Assembly: GCA_049999805.1 (NCBI GenBank) | Contig: JBNGIO010006293.1 | Span: 214,166 to 267,940 of the forward strand | DNA length: 53,775 nucleotides | Origin: Folioceros fuciformis | Taxonomy: Eukaryota | Direction: 5' to 3' | In this document: in pieces, positions 1 to 10,757 of the stretch | Layout of the letters: every line of letters starts with the position of its first letter | How positions within the stretch are numbered: the stretch's first letter is position 1 | Program-made: the position numbers and the translations under genes | The notes under the pieces: model-generated | The model's database searches: none | What the model was told of the DNA's origin: nothing | Seen by the model: only the letters and a program-made list of their open reading frames with translations

Positions 1-56
1 GCACGCACGCGCACACAAGAGCGACCGGGGGGGTGGTGTATGATGATGCTTTTCCG

Positions 57-95
57 AGGGGCTGGGGCTGGGGCTGGGGCGGGGGCCGGGGGCCC
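57..95 (+). repeat. (GGGGCT)n-type G-rich microsatellite
   Basis: gggggctggggctggggctggggcgggggccgggggg read directly; it has at least four G-runs. Confidence 0.7.
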
Positions 96-1029
96 GGCCC
101 GATCCATCTCCGACTTGAATGCGCATCAATTCTTATGCAAAACCCGCATCTTTCCCGTCCCTGACACCCGCCATGCCATCTCTGTACTCTTCTTCTTTTC
201 AATTTTGGCCACCGCATTGCGCTTCGCTGCTCTGCCCTGTGCTGCTCTGCTCTGCTCTGCTTCATAAATTTTGATTGCCGCCTATGCTCCGCTGCCAAAT
301 TTTGGATACCTGGACGACGCCATGTGACATCCATCCCGACTCTTAATGCCGGCCCCATTCCTCCCCATGCGCGTCCGTACATACCAATTTTTCGTCTCGT
401 GTCGCCCCCATTCCGTCCCGTCCCGTCTCCTGTCGCGCCGTGTCCATCAGTAATAAGCCATTTATAATCATGGGTCCAGTATATTCTGCGTACAACAATA
501 TCAGTATTTTAATTCAATATATTTCAATGTTTTTCATGAGGGGCGGCTGGGCTGGGCGGGGCGTTCCAAACTGGGATGGGAGGGCTACATACCAAGGGAA
601 CACAACACAATACATGGGCAACATATATGACACATTTCATCCTGATACCTTCTAAGATGCCTTGATACCACAGGATAAATGAAGTATTTTTAACATTTAA
701 AAAACATATTATTTAATAGCGCATGTATAAATTCATAATATCCCTTGGCTTTCAATTATGTATTTATTAAGAATAGAAAATACCACTCTCTTTGTTAAGA
801 AGTAAGATCATGATATTTGGTCTAGAAAATGAAGATTAGTCAGTAAATGAAGATTAGTCAGTAATCCAAAAAGTTAGGAATAAATTAATCCAAAAAAAAA
901 AAAAGAATATGTACATTTCAAAGCTTCAATCACTTTGTCCTGTGTTGTACAAAGGAAGAGGAAGGAACACTTACATCGAGATTCTTCAAGTTTGTACAAG
1001 GTCGTCTCATCCACAACTCCATGATCTGA

Positions 1030-1330
1030 AAAGGATTTTGGTACAGAAAGAGTAATTTGAATATAAATATCAGTGGGACTTGTAAAGTAAGATTAGTTTG
1101 GAGTTTAAGCTGACTCATCGTGGTTAGCAGGTGGAGCGTTTTACGTGTCCGCTTATGGAGGTTGATGGCTGGCCAGCTTTGTATGGGCCACAACTTGCAC
1201 AATCCTATTCTTCAGCCAAGCTCTACGGAGGCCCCTCGTGACAACATCAAATTTCACACCTCCGCTACCTGGAAGAGAGATATTCGTGTGGAAGTACAAC
1301 ATGCAGTTGGAATGATCGAACTTCGCACGG
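1030..1330 (+). mobile_element. possible degenerate PIF/Harbinger (DDE_Tnp_4-like) transposase fragment
   Basis: Stop-interrupted translation gives FWYRKSNLNINISGTC and then NIKFH...RVEVQHAVGMIELR. These loosely resemble the Harbinger motifs Y/FxNRKxxxSINVQxxC and FN...RxxVExAFGxLK, in the same order, in an AT-rich context. Confidence 0.25.
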
Positions 1331-3858
1331 TTTTTGAGCTGCAGATATGGACACTCGGGAACGGGGGATGGAGAGGCCCAGCGACCTGCACTCCCCTCCG
1401 TTTGCCACCTGACCCCAGGCAAAACCTGATTTACCTCATGAGACGCGTCTCGAGGGAAATTGTGGGTGGCCTTGCAGTGTTATAACGGACGAGTCATGGG
1501 GCGGCATTGAAGGCCACGCAGTATCTGTGGAAAACCTGCTGGACTGGATGAGACAAGAAAAAAGCATGAGAAGCACAAATTGAAATCGTCCAGGGATTTC
1601 CACGTGGAAGCTAGTAAAGTGTGGGCAGGGCAGCAGGGGGAGGGGGAGGGCGTTGGTCGATACAATACATGTACACATGTTGTGATGCATTCAGAGGGGA
1701 ATGTGAAGGGAGGGAGTGTGGATGGATGGATGGTGTGATGGAGTGGTGGGGAAGAGAACGTTGTGGGGAGGCGAGAGGAGAGGAGAGGAGACAACCCATT
1801 GACCGGTCGCCACAAGAAGGAATCTGGCAAAGCTTTGGCCCCGACCGATTGGATGCCAAGCGCCAGTGACTGGCATCGCAGGGAGCGAGGGCCTGAGTAA
1901 AAAAGAAGAAAAAATTTGGAGGAGAAACTGATGGGAGTTGGCGGAAGGGGACAAAAAAGCAGGTCATGGGTTTCGGAGTCGGGGCGAGGTAACAAAACGC
2001 CGGCAGTATGTACCTGAATCCGGATGCGGGTCTTTTGATGCTCTCCAGTCTCAGGGCTGGCGGGTGGGTGGGCCCACCCTGGTCTTCCCTCCCCGGCTGT
2101 GCAGCAGGGGGCACCATATGGCAGGCTTCGAGGATGTGATTTGCGTAATGGGCAGTGGGGTCCGCCCACCTTGGTGTTCCACAAAGTTCGAACTGCTGTT
2201 GCCACCGGGAGGCTCATGGACTCTGACACCGTTGACAGACTCGAAATGCCGCCACTGCACAAATGAGAGTACATGTGCATGTATGTATGTGCGTAAGTCC
2301 GAATGCGCATGGCATGGCCATTCTAGTTCTAGACAGGCATGAACGACGATGTACAGTGGAAATATCTGGCTTGTGAGGAGGAGATACCAGGATCCGGCAC
2401 GTGAGTGGGTTTGTGATGACTCCATTGCAGGGCTCTGGGAGCAGGCCAGGCCACGGCCAGGGTAGAGCACGCCAGGCAGGCCAGGCCAGGGCCAGGTCAG
2501 GTCAGGCCAGCCCTCCGAGTCCGGCCGTCTTCAGGACTGACTCCACGCTGCAGCTCATCAAGGACAAGGACAAGAGGTGATTAGGGTAAGCTCAGGTAGG
2601 GTAACCAGTGCTTGTGATGGTGTGGCTCACCTGGATTGGCAGGGATGATGAAAGGAAACTGGGACCTGGACGCGTGACTTCCATGACTCTATCATGTGGC
2701 GTGTGTAATAGGACTTCTGGCAGCACCAGCCAGCACCGGCTGTGGTTGGGATAGTGATAGTCACCAGCTCTGACATCGCTCCGGTCAGCCAGCTAACAGC
2801 CAAGAATGTTTGTGTCTGGTTTGGTGGGCTTGAGTGCGTCCATCTCCCTCTCCCATCCATTGTAAACCATGCTCCTGACAACCCATGTTCAAGTACAAGC
2901 TCAAAAGCTGCTGCTGTGAATGTGAGTTAAGAGGAGCCATCTGGCAGGAGACGCTCGGACGGCCGGGGTGCAACATGGACGAGAGGCTCATCCAGTCAGA
3001 AGCAACGGCGGAACTTACCTACCTGTGGAGCCCCATCGCCAGTTTTCTAAACAAACACAACAGTTCGCCGTTTGGATTAGTCTAGCATCGGTCCAACAGC
3101 TTGCTTTGCAGAAAGACGAAGCATACAATCCACAACAGTGAACATTTCAAAGCGGGAAAAAGGAATCAGAATTCCAAACGGTCACGTGCACCCCCGCCGA
3201 TGGAGGGTGAAGGATATATGGAGGTACAGGACTCTGCAATTCACAAACGAAGTATGTATGTAGATACGTACTGCACAGGGAAGCGGACGCTCAAAAGCAA
3301 GACTACAAGGAAAAGAGAAGAAATGAAATGGGTTTAAGGCTCTACCCTCTTGGGATCGGTCGCTAGTATACACGGGCATACAGAATACCCTGAAAACGAG
3401 CCGCGCATGACAATGCAACGGTTAACCACACTTCAAATCTTGAAACCAACTGCGACAAACAAGACGTTGACGACTTTGGAACAGCTAAAGAATGATTTAC
3501 AGATTACGGTGTCTCTGCTGATGCAGCCTACATTGCAGGAACAGGACCCACACCTTGCTTGCCCTGACATCCTCTACACCTAGCCGGACAGGCCGATGTC
3601 CCTTTGGATCAGCTTGTGAAATAATAAGCTGGCATAGCAAGCGAGAGGCTAACAGCTACCAGCTTGAAATGGAGATCTAGGCTTTGAACTTTACACAGTG
3701 CTGCTAACTACCTGACAAACTGCGATGTCGCCCAGCAGACCTGCTTTCCAGATGAGGAAGCCCCCATCACAGCGACACAGCATGTTATAAGCTTCTTCCC
3801 CAGAGGCCGCGTCTGCTGTTCTTTGAAACGCAGTTTCATCCCTTAACTTGAGTGTGAT

Positions 3859-6110
3859 CTAAAGTGTCGATGAACTCCAGCTGTCATCCACTGCAGCCAT
3901 GATTTTGCTATGCAGGACCGTCCCAGCACACGCGATAACCCCTCTGTCCAGACCCTCCAAATACCTGCCTCTGGAGAAATCCAATGGACACCCTCTGGCA
4001 TCCGTTACCACACCTCCAGCTTCCTCCACAATCAGAACCCCAGCCGCATGGTCCCAGATTTTTTCCTTGTACCCAACTTTCGCGAACTTCATGAAGATCT
4101 CAGCATCTCCCCGAGCTATAGCTGCATACTTCGCCATGCTATATATTCGCAGCGGCCGGGACCTGTTGGATGTTACCAAGGGAACGGAAGTTATGTCCTC
4201 AATGCAGATGATCTCAAAAGCATTCCAAGAAAAACTTAGGAGGCAATATTCATGCAAGCGACCAGGCTACTTTGCGACGCAACACCACGATAAATTGACC
4301 AGCATTACCTTAGGCCAATACTGCTGGCTACACCTGCCGAGAAATGGTGACTAGAGTTCCCCTTCTCCACAGGCTCACAGAAGGCAGCTTCGGCAGGGTC
4401 TGTGATATTCGAAACATGAATAGGCAGAGGTGATGCATTCTCGAACTGGTTTGTGCCTTCTGAGTTCCACACCAAAGGCTCCATCCAAGCCCCGCCTCCC
4501 CCCTTGGTTGCAGTCATCAGGCAGCCCTTGTGCCACAGGCTTGGTTTAGGAGGTGAAAGTTTGCTCGCAAGTCTGTAGTACTTATGACCATATTTCAGCC
4601 ATTCCCTCCTCATCGGGAAATTTGGACAACCTAAAAGAGCCAGCACAACTTCTCCATCCTGGATCATAGCCAGGGCCACAGCATATTGGTCACCTCGGAC
4701 AAAACCAAGTGTCCCATCTACAGGGTCAAGCACCCAATGACGTCCCTGGGGACCACCTTGAGAACTTCCTCGACTGATCGCTTTCAACACATCTACAGTC
4801 GCAAGGGGAGCCTCAGGGGGTGTAATGCCAACCACTGACGCCTCACTCAAACATTCATTCACTGCAGCCACAACTCGTCGCAGCAAGTGGATCCCATCCA
4901 TTCCTCTCAGATCTTCTGTGTCCTCTTCAGCGACAATGGACAAACGCTCATCTGGAAAAGCTTGCGTAAGCACCCAGCTGATCACTGCCTGCACCCCCCA
5001 GTCTGCTCCAGAAACGAGGCAACCTCACGTGAGTGACAACCCCAGAAGTCTGCATGCAATCATATCAAATGCAAACTGCGACGGATAGATCTTCATGGCA
5101 TATTCTAATCATACCAGAGAGGGAAGCCCACCGTCACTTCTGTTTTACCTCATGGTTGCTGGAAATGGCTACATGCATGCAACAGAACCTCAACTCACGG
5201 GGGTCGCGGGACAAGTTTTCGAGAAAGTACCTGCGATGGTCACAAGCGAGTGATCACTTTTAGCACTTGCCTCCTCCTCATGTCGCAGAAGTCGATCCTG
5301 TATTCTCTGGGTAAGCATGCAAGCCAACTGAACTGCACGTGAGGCCACCTCCAACTCCCTGCCATACTTTCCTGAGTGACTCTTCTGAACCGTGGGTCCA
5401 GTCACCTTGAATTCAGCCATGTTTGCACCTTCCATATTTCCAGCATCTTGCACAGCGTTCAGGTCTGCATGCAATCTGCTATCATGATTGTTCAGCTCCG
5501 ATGAAATTCCCTGACAGCCCTTGTTCTCCAGTACCTTACCAGGCAGAGCCGATATCTCTTCTTCTCCATTTCGGTTCGATTCACCTTGACCATTCACTCT
5601 AACCATGTCTACGGACGAGCCCACACTGTCCCCTTTCTGTTCTCCAGTAGATGAGAGCTCATGCGCGGCTACGTCTTCTGCTGGTGCCAGCTTCACAGAC
5701 AAGTCCGGTAATTCTCCCTTGGATAGATTCACAAATGGTAGGGCCGTCTGCAATGACTGATCATCTCCAGCCCCAATATAGTCTTGAAGCCCGATACTGG
5801 TAGGTCCTTTTCCCTGCAGACTGCAGACGGACAAAGTCCTCCTCTTACCCTGGGAAGCGGCTCCCATTCCACCAACATCGGATAGCCATTGACCATTTGC
5901 AGCACCCGCCTTGCAGAGATTGTACTTGCACTTCACGGCCTCCAGACTGGAGAGATTGACCCCATGAGTCATCTGGGAGACGCTCATCAATCCGAACAGC
6001 GATTTTGGATACAAGCATACGGGGTGCGAGCATGAATGTTGGAAAGCCAACTCTGTGGGTGCTAAGCACGTTAAAGCTGGCGAATGCCGAGAACCGGAAG
6101 TACTCCACAT
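3859..6110 (-). CDS. AHL: PAP-specific 3'(2'),5'-bisphosphate nucleotidase, HAL2-like (AHL clade)
   Basis: Three exons (about 6110-5231, 5002-4309, 4162-3859) with GT-AG borders splice in frame (TIA/DWG, LR/SRPLR). Motifs: KSDHSLVTIADW, AEED, WVLDPVDGTLGFVRGDQYAVALA, EKIWDHAAG. Start codon uncertain. Confidence 0.9.
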
Positions 6111-7877
6111 CTTTTCTCTGCTATACAGGGCCAAGAGAAACATGGTCAAGAACCTACCCCGTTCATGCCGGGGAGAGACAATCGGCATTAGCCGCAAAGG
6201 GGCATAACCGAGGGCTGTCACAACGAAGGAGGACAAAAAATCGCAAAATCGCACAAATGACTGACGCCTAGTAGGACCAACTGTCAATTCCCACCCCGCT
6301 TGCGATCCCACTAACTACCCGCCACAGCCATGCAATCAATAACAGGAAAGCGCTTGCCAAATTCTACCAACTTCCGAACCCAAGCACGCAGAACAGAATT
6401 GGCTCAAGGAGAGCCAAGGTGTGGAGAATCTCCCCCACACCCCCTGTCCCGCTGCGAAACCCAGCCTGGATCCAGTGGCCTGCTCTGGTCTGGTTGCTCC
6501 TGACCTTACCTCAGGCCACAGAAGCTGTCCTCGCAGCAGGCATCTTCTCACGTAATCAGGAATGTATAATCGCTGGTTTGATGGAAGGCCCACCCGCGCT
6601 CCACAGGCCTATATCTACACAAGGATCCTTGCGACCGTGCTCCACCTTATCTGCAAACAAACATTTCTGGTTCAATTCCAAGTTTGCTTGCGGCAACACC
6701 GGCGCACGAACGTCACCTGTCACGACTGCTTCACCTTTGGTGTCCTGCACTCCAAACAAACGTAAGATTACATATTATAGTTTTTGTACTTGGATTCCTG
6801 TGCCCTGAGTGAGGGTAGCTTTTCATGTTGTCTACAGTACGGTAGGGAATGGCAACCCTTCCCAACGTGCCGGAGAAGGCGTTAGCCTTTCACCACAGTT
6901 TGCTACGTAGCTCTTCAGCGGGCCCTTCCCCTTCCCAACCACATCTGATCTTGTACAGTAACTGGACGCTCGCGTCCGCGTCCAACTATAAGGGTAAGGA
7001 AAAGAAGTTCCACACAACAGAGAGTGCGTGGAGAAAATGCAAATGCAGACAGGAAATGACGGAGCCAATGGTACCTCTCCGAAGAGCCAATTCGCTGGAG
7101 TGTGGGGCCTTTAGGGTAGGTACTAAAATACAATGAACTCGAAAGGGAAAGACCAGGTGCAGGCTCCCCTCCAGGCCTTGCCCCTTCGTGTTCAAGCGTG
7201 AACGAGCCGCGCTGGTCTGACGGACGCTACCCAGTTTGCGAAGCTTTCAGAATCTGCGTGAGTCACAAGTTGGGCATCAGTCACGCAAGGAATCTGGCTT
7301 TGGCTTGCCTTTCTCACTCATCTTACCTCCAGTCAGAATTGAGGTTCTCTCTCTGCAATGGGTACATGTGAAGCAGAAATTGGAGCAAATACAGGATTGT
7401 CAGCCAGGCGGAGAATCCTGATGTTCGAAAATTTTTGTCAGTACTTTGCAGCTCAGGCAAGTATCTGGTAGAGTGTTGGATGAGCAGAAAGCACTGCAGA
7501 AGAAATGGAAGTGGTTGCAGCGTGGTACATATCAGGGAGGGATGCCAAAGATGATACAAGTGGCAGGTCGTGTGATGGATAGCACAGACACAGACAGTAA
7601 TCCAGCGTACCTCGTTGCTACGATGCTATTTTGTGCAAGTGATTCAGCTACATCTCAACTGTCGGATAGCCAAGCAGTCTTTGTAGTGTGTGAGTGTTCT
7701 AAGCTTCCTGAATCTGCCTGACCGGCTCCCCCGCATGTTCAGTCCTGCCGGTTGCCGAACTTCCCATCTGAGGAGTAATGCTGTTTGGGTGGACACATAA
7801 CTGCACTGGGAGCGCCTCACCAAGGCAATGCACGTCAGAGATGAGTGCATTTAGGCTTGGCAAGTTTGGGTATACCA

Positions 7878-9995
7878 CTACAACATATTTCTGGAACCTC
7901 GCCCAGGCTTGAAGGATTTCACCCGACCAAACATTCTCGTCAACGCAACTCGGCTGCGATTCTCACCGGGCGGGCTGTTGGCTTGTTGAAGAGACTTATC
8001 CAACTTAGCAGCCTGGGCCTTGAGAAGAGCGTGAAGTGAGGAACCAGTCGTCTTAGCAGATGGCAACTGGACATCGTCTGTCCGGTTGAGAAAACTGGGA
8101 AACATCAGCTGATCTCTGTGAGGAGCATCTTTCCCCGACTCTTGAGGAGGAGCGTGGTTTTCCTTGTCTTGAGTCTCCTGTTCGTCCCCCTTATCCACCA
8201 TCTTATCCAATTTGCCGGATCTGGGTCCAAAGATGAAGGAGGGTACACCACGAGAGCCTTTCTTCCCGCCTGAGGGAAATGAGGGCTTCCCCCGGTTCAA
8301 GAAAGAAGGCTTCAGAGGGCTGGGTTTCTTCGCTACGCTGGACGAGGATGTCCTGCCCTGTGGGTGAGGGACACGGACTCGGTTGATCATCCCCATCAAC
8401 TCCCTTGATGTTCCGTCCATGGCTTCGCTAAGGAAGTCTTCCTGTTCGTCTGACTCCTCCAACAACCGTCGCACAAGCGCTTGTTGCTGAGCGTTTTCAT
8501 CGTCTTCCTCCTCTTCGCAAGTATCTGCCTCCGCATTCTCAGTGGTTTCTGGAGGCTCTACCACGCCATCTGCAGCACTAGTGTTCTGCTCCAGCACAGC
8601 TCGCGTACGACGAGATAACCTCTCAGCATGCTTCGAACCTCCTAGGCTGTCCAACCCCAAATCCTCGTCGAGGAAAGCAACAACCCGTTCTCTAGTCCCA
8701 CTACGCTTCCACCCATGTTTCAGCTTGTGAAGGAGGTCATCTGTTGCTGCATTATCCCTTTCTTCCAGCCACTTTTGATGAAGCTTCTCCCTTCTGCGCC
8801 TGTCAGAGGGCGTTTCTTCCACAGTGGTTGCAACCAGATCTTGTAGGTCACCTTCGTTCTCATCCACATCCTCGTCATTGTCCCCATTCCCATCGTCATC
8901 TTCATCCTCTGCTTCATCGTCTATCATGGCTCTGGCGGTGATGAACTCTGAAGACGTCTTTACTTTGTCTTTCTGCCTCTCCACCCTCGCAGGAGAGATG
9001 TGCAACCTGTCAACTATTTGTCCTGCCATCACCTCAGACTCCCTCAGCTCGGAGGGTTCACAAGCTCTGCCGTTCTCCCGCTCTACTCTCGCGGGAGACA
9101 AGTGCAAACCGTTTTCTATAGGACCTGCCATCACCTCACGCTGCCCTTGACTATCTGGATCTGCTCCACTCAGCTCACCATGGCTTGGCTCTCCATCCGA
9201 TCCGCTACTGAGCTGAGAATAAGAAAACAGATCAGGCGAATCCGCCACAGCTCTTTCATCAACAGGAGGGCCTTGAAGCTCCCTCCCCGGACCTTCCTCG
9301 TTCGCGCCCTCCCCTACCAATCGTCCAGGACCATCAGCGTCCAGGTCAACCATCGCTGCACACTCTCCACCGTTAGAGTCCTCCATAGCAAATACAGCCA
9401 CTCCGGACGAGGCACCACCCGCCTCCACCCTCTTCTCGCCATCACCGCCAACCACAGAAACATCCGCCTCTGTCCTATCCACCGGCACCACCAGCTCTTG
9501 TCTCAAACAAGAACCACCGCCTGCCCCCATGTTCAGCTGCATCTTGCGAGCTCTGATCTTCTCCAAGACCAAAGAAATCGGTTTTGGCACAGCAGGCTCC
9601 ACTGCAAAAGCTGCTCCCCTGCTCTCCCGCAGCAGCCGCTGCGACTCTGCATACAATCCTTCCATATCCTCTTTACTCTTCCTCTTCCTTCCTCCGTTCC
9701 AGTCGTTCGGTACCCTATCACACTCGTCGTCCACTAGCGCACCGTCCTGCAGATCCGGCGCAACAGCACACTCATCTTCATCCTCATCTGCAACTTCGTC
9801 TCCTTCCTCCGCTTCTTCTATCCCAAGCTTTTTTTCCAAGTATCCCAGGTACTCCCCCTCATCATCTTCATCCACTTCATCACTATTTGCACTCTCCTCC
9901 CGTTCTTCAAAGCTCCGTGAACTGAACACTGCATCCTCTTCATTCTCTTCAACATCTACGATCTCCGCCTCCTCTTCTCCACCAGAAAGCGCCAT
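7878..9995 (-). CDS. acidic, largely disordered protein, Claspin/Mrc1-like
   Basis: Single-exon 705-aa ORF from the ATG at 9995. It contains LYAESQRLLRES...PKPI (recalls Claspin LHSETQRLIRES) and a Mrc1-like block IDDEAEDEDD...DLQDLV...LHQKWLEERD. Confidence 0.75.
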   Translation of the reverse strand: MALSGGEEEAEIVDVEENEEDAVFSSRSFEEREESANSDEVDEDDEGEYLGYLEKKLGIEEAEEGDEVADEDEDECAVAPDLQDGALVDDECDRVPNDWNGGRKRKSKEDMEGLYAESQRLLRESRGAAFAVEPAVPKPISLVLEKIRARKMQLNMGAGGGSCLRQELVVPVDRTEADVSVVGGDGEKRVEAGGASSGVAVFAMEDSNGGECAAMVDLDADGPGRLVGEGANEEGPGRELQGPPVDERAVADSPDLFSYSQLSSGSDGEPSHGELSGADPDSQGQREVMAGPIENGLHLSPARVERENGRACEPSELRESEVMAGQIVDRLHISPARVERQKDKVKTSSEFITARAMIDDEAEDEDDDGNGDNDEDVDENEGDLQDLVATTVEETPSDRRRREKLHQKWLEERDNAATDDLLHKLKHGWKRSGTRERVVAFLDEDLGLDSLGGSKHAERLSRRTRAVLEQNTSAADGVVEPPETTENAEADTCEEEEDDENAQQQALVRRLLEESDEQEDFLSEAMDGTSRELMGMINRVRVPHPQGRTSSSSVAKKPSPLKPSFLNRGKPSFPSGGKKGSRGVPSFIFGPRSGKLDKMVDKGDEQETQDKENHAPPQESGKDAPHRDQLMFPSFLNRTDDVQLPSAKTTGSSLHALLKAQAAKLDKSLQQANSPPGENRSRVALTRMFGRVKSFKPGRGSRNML

Positions 9996-10757
9996 CTTGC
10001 TCCACAAGTGCAGAAACCTGGACGAAAAGAATCAGCAACTCCACAATTCCAGTGTCCCCGCACCGATGCGATACAGGAATTCTTCTCCAGCAAATGCTCG
10101 CAGCTGTCTCAGCTCTCAGATGCACCGCATTCCGCCACATTTTTGAAGGCGACACCTGGGCGCCAAATTCGAATTGAAAGAAACTTCATTAAAGAAACGG
10201 TAGCTATGGGGAGTAAGAAACAAAACGAATGAAACTTAGAACGAGAAGCGGATAGGGGCTCTCAACGTGGACGCGGCTGCGCTTCATGTAGAGTGCCCAA
10301 GCCTTCGCCGCTCGCCCCTAGACTCGCTTCAGTGCGGGTGGGGCCGCGGTTCCTCTCCCTCTCTGGTTGCGGATAGTCCCTGCCTCTCAAGTTTTTCAGC
10401 TGCAGCGGTACAGGCAACTCTGGGCATTCTTCCTTTGAGTCTCGTTGGATGAAGGAGCGCTGAATCCGAGGGATTTTGAAACGCATTCCTGTGCACATAC
10501 GTCTCGTGCCTTCTGTGTAAGTCAGGCCCACATCGTTGCGTGAAATCTGACATTTTGTGCATCGCATTTTATTCTCGTGGGACGATGGGATGTGATGGTG
10601 TCGGTGTCAGGCGATGATTTTCGGCAAGATTTAGGTCTGAGGAGTTGTGGGAGTTCGGTGTTGGATGAATTTATCTCCGTTTTGAATTCCAGTGTTGGAT
10701 GTGCCATTTTGTAATGTCGTAATGCGGTTCCGGCAGGTGGGCGGTGTGAAGGGAGCT

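Noticed and set aside
1871-1892. tggcatcgcagggagcgagggc resembles a miR160 target site
   Set aside because: It needs about 4 mismatches plus a bulge, there is no hairpin partner and no ARF coding context, so it is likely chance.
1480-2470. Overlapping 130-276 aa ORFs
   Set aside because: Low-complexity, purine-skewed sequence with no recognisable domain; it looks like UTR or promoter DNA.
9000-10146. Plus-strand His/Leu- and Ser-rich ORFs
   Set aside because: They are antisense shadows of the Glu/Asp-rich Claspin-like CDS.
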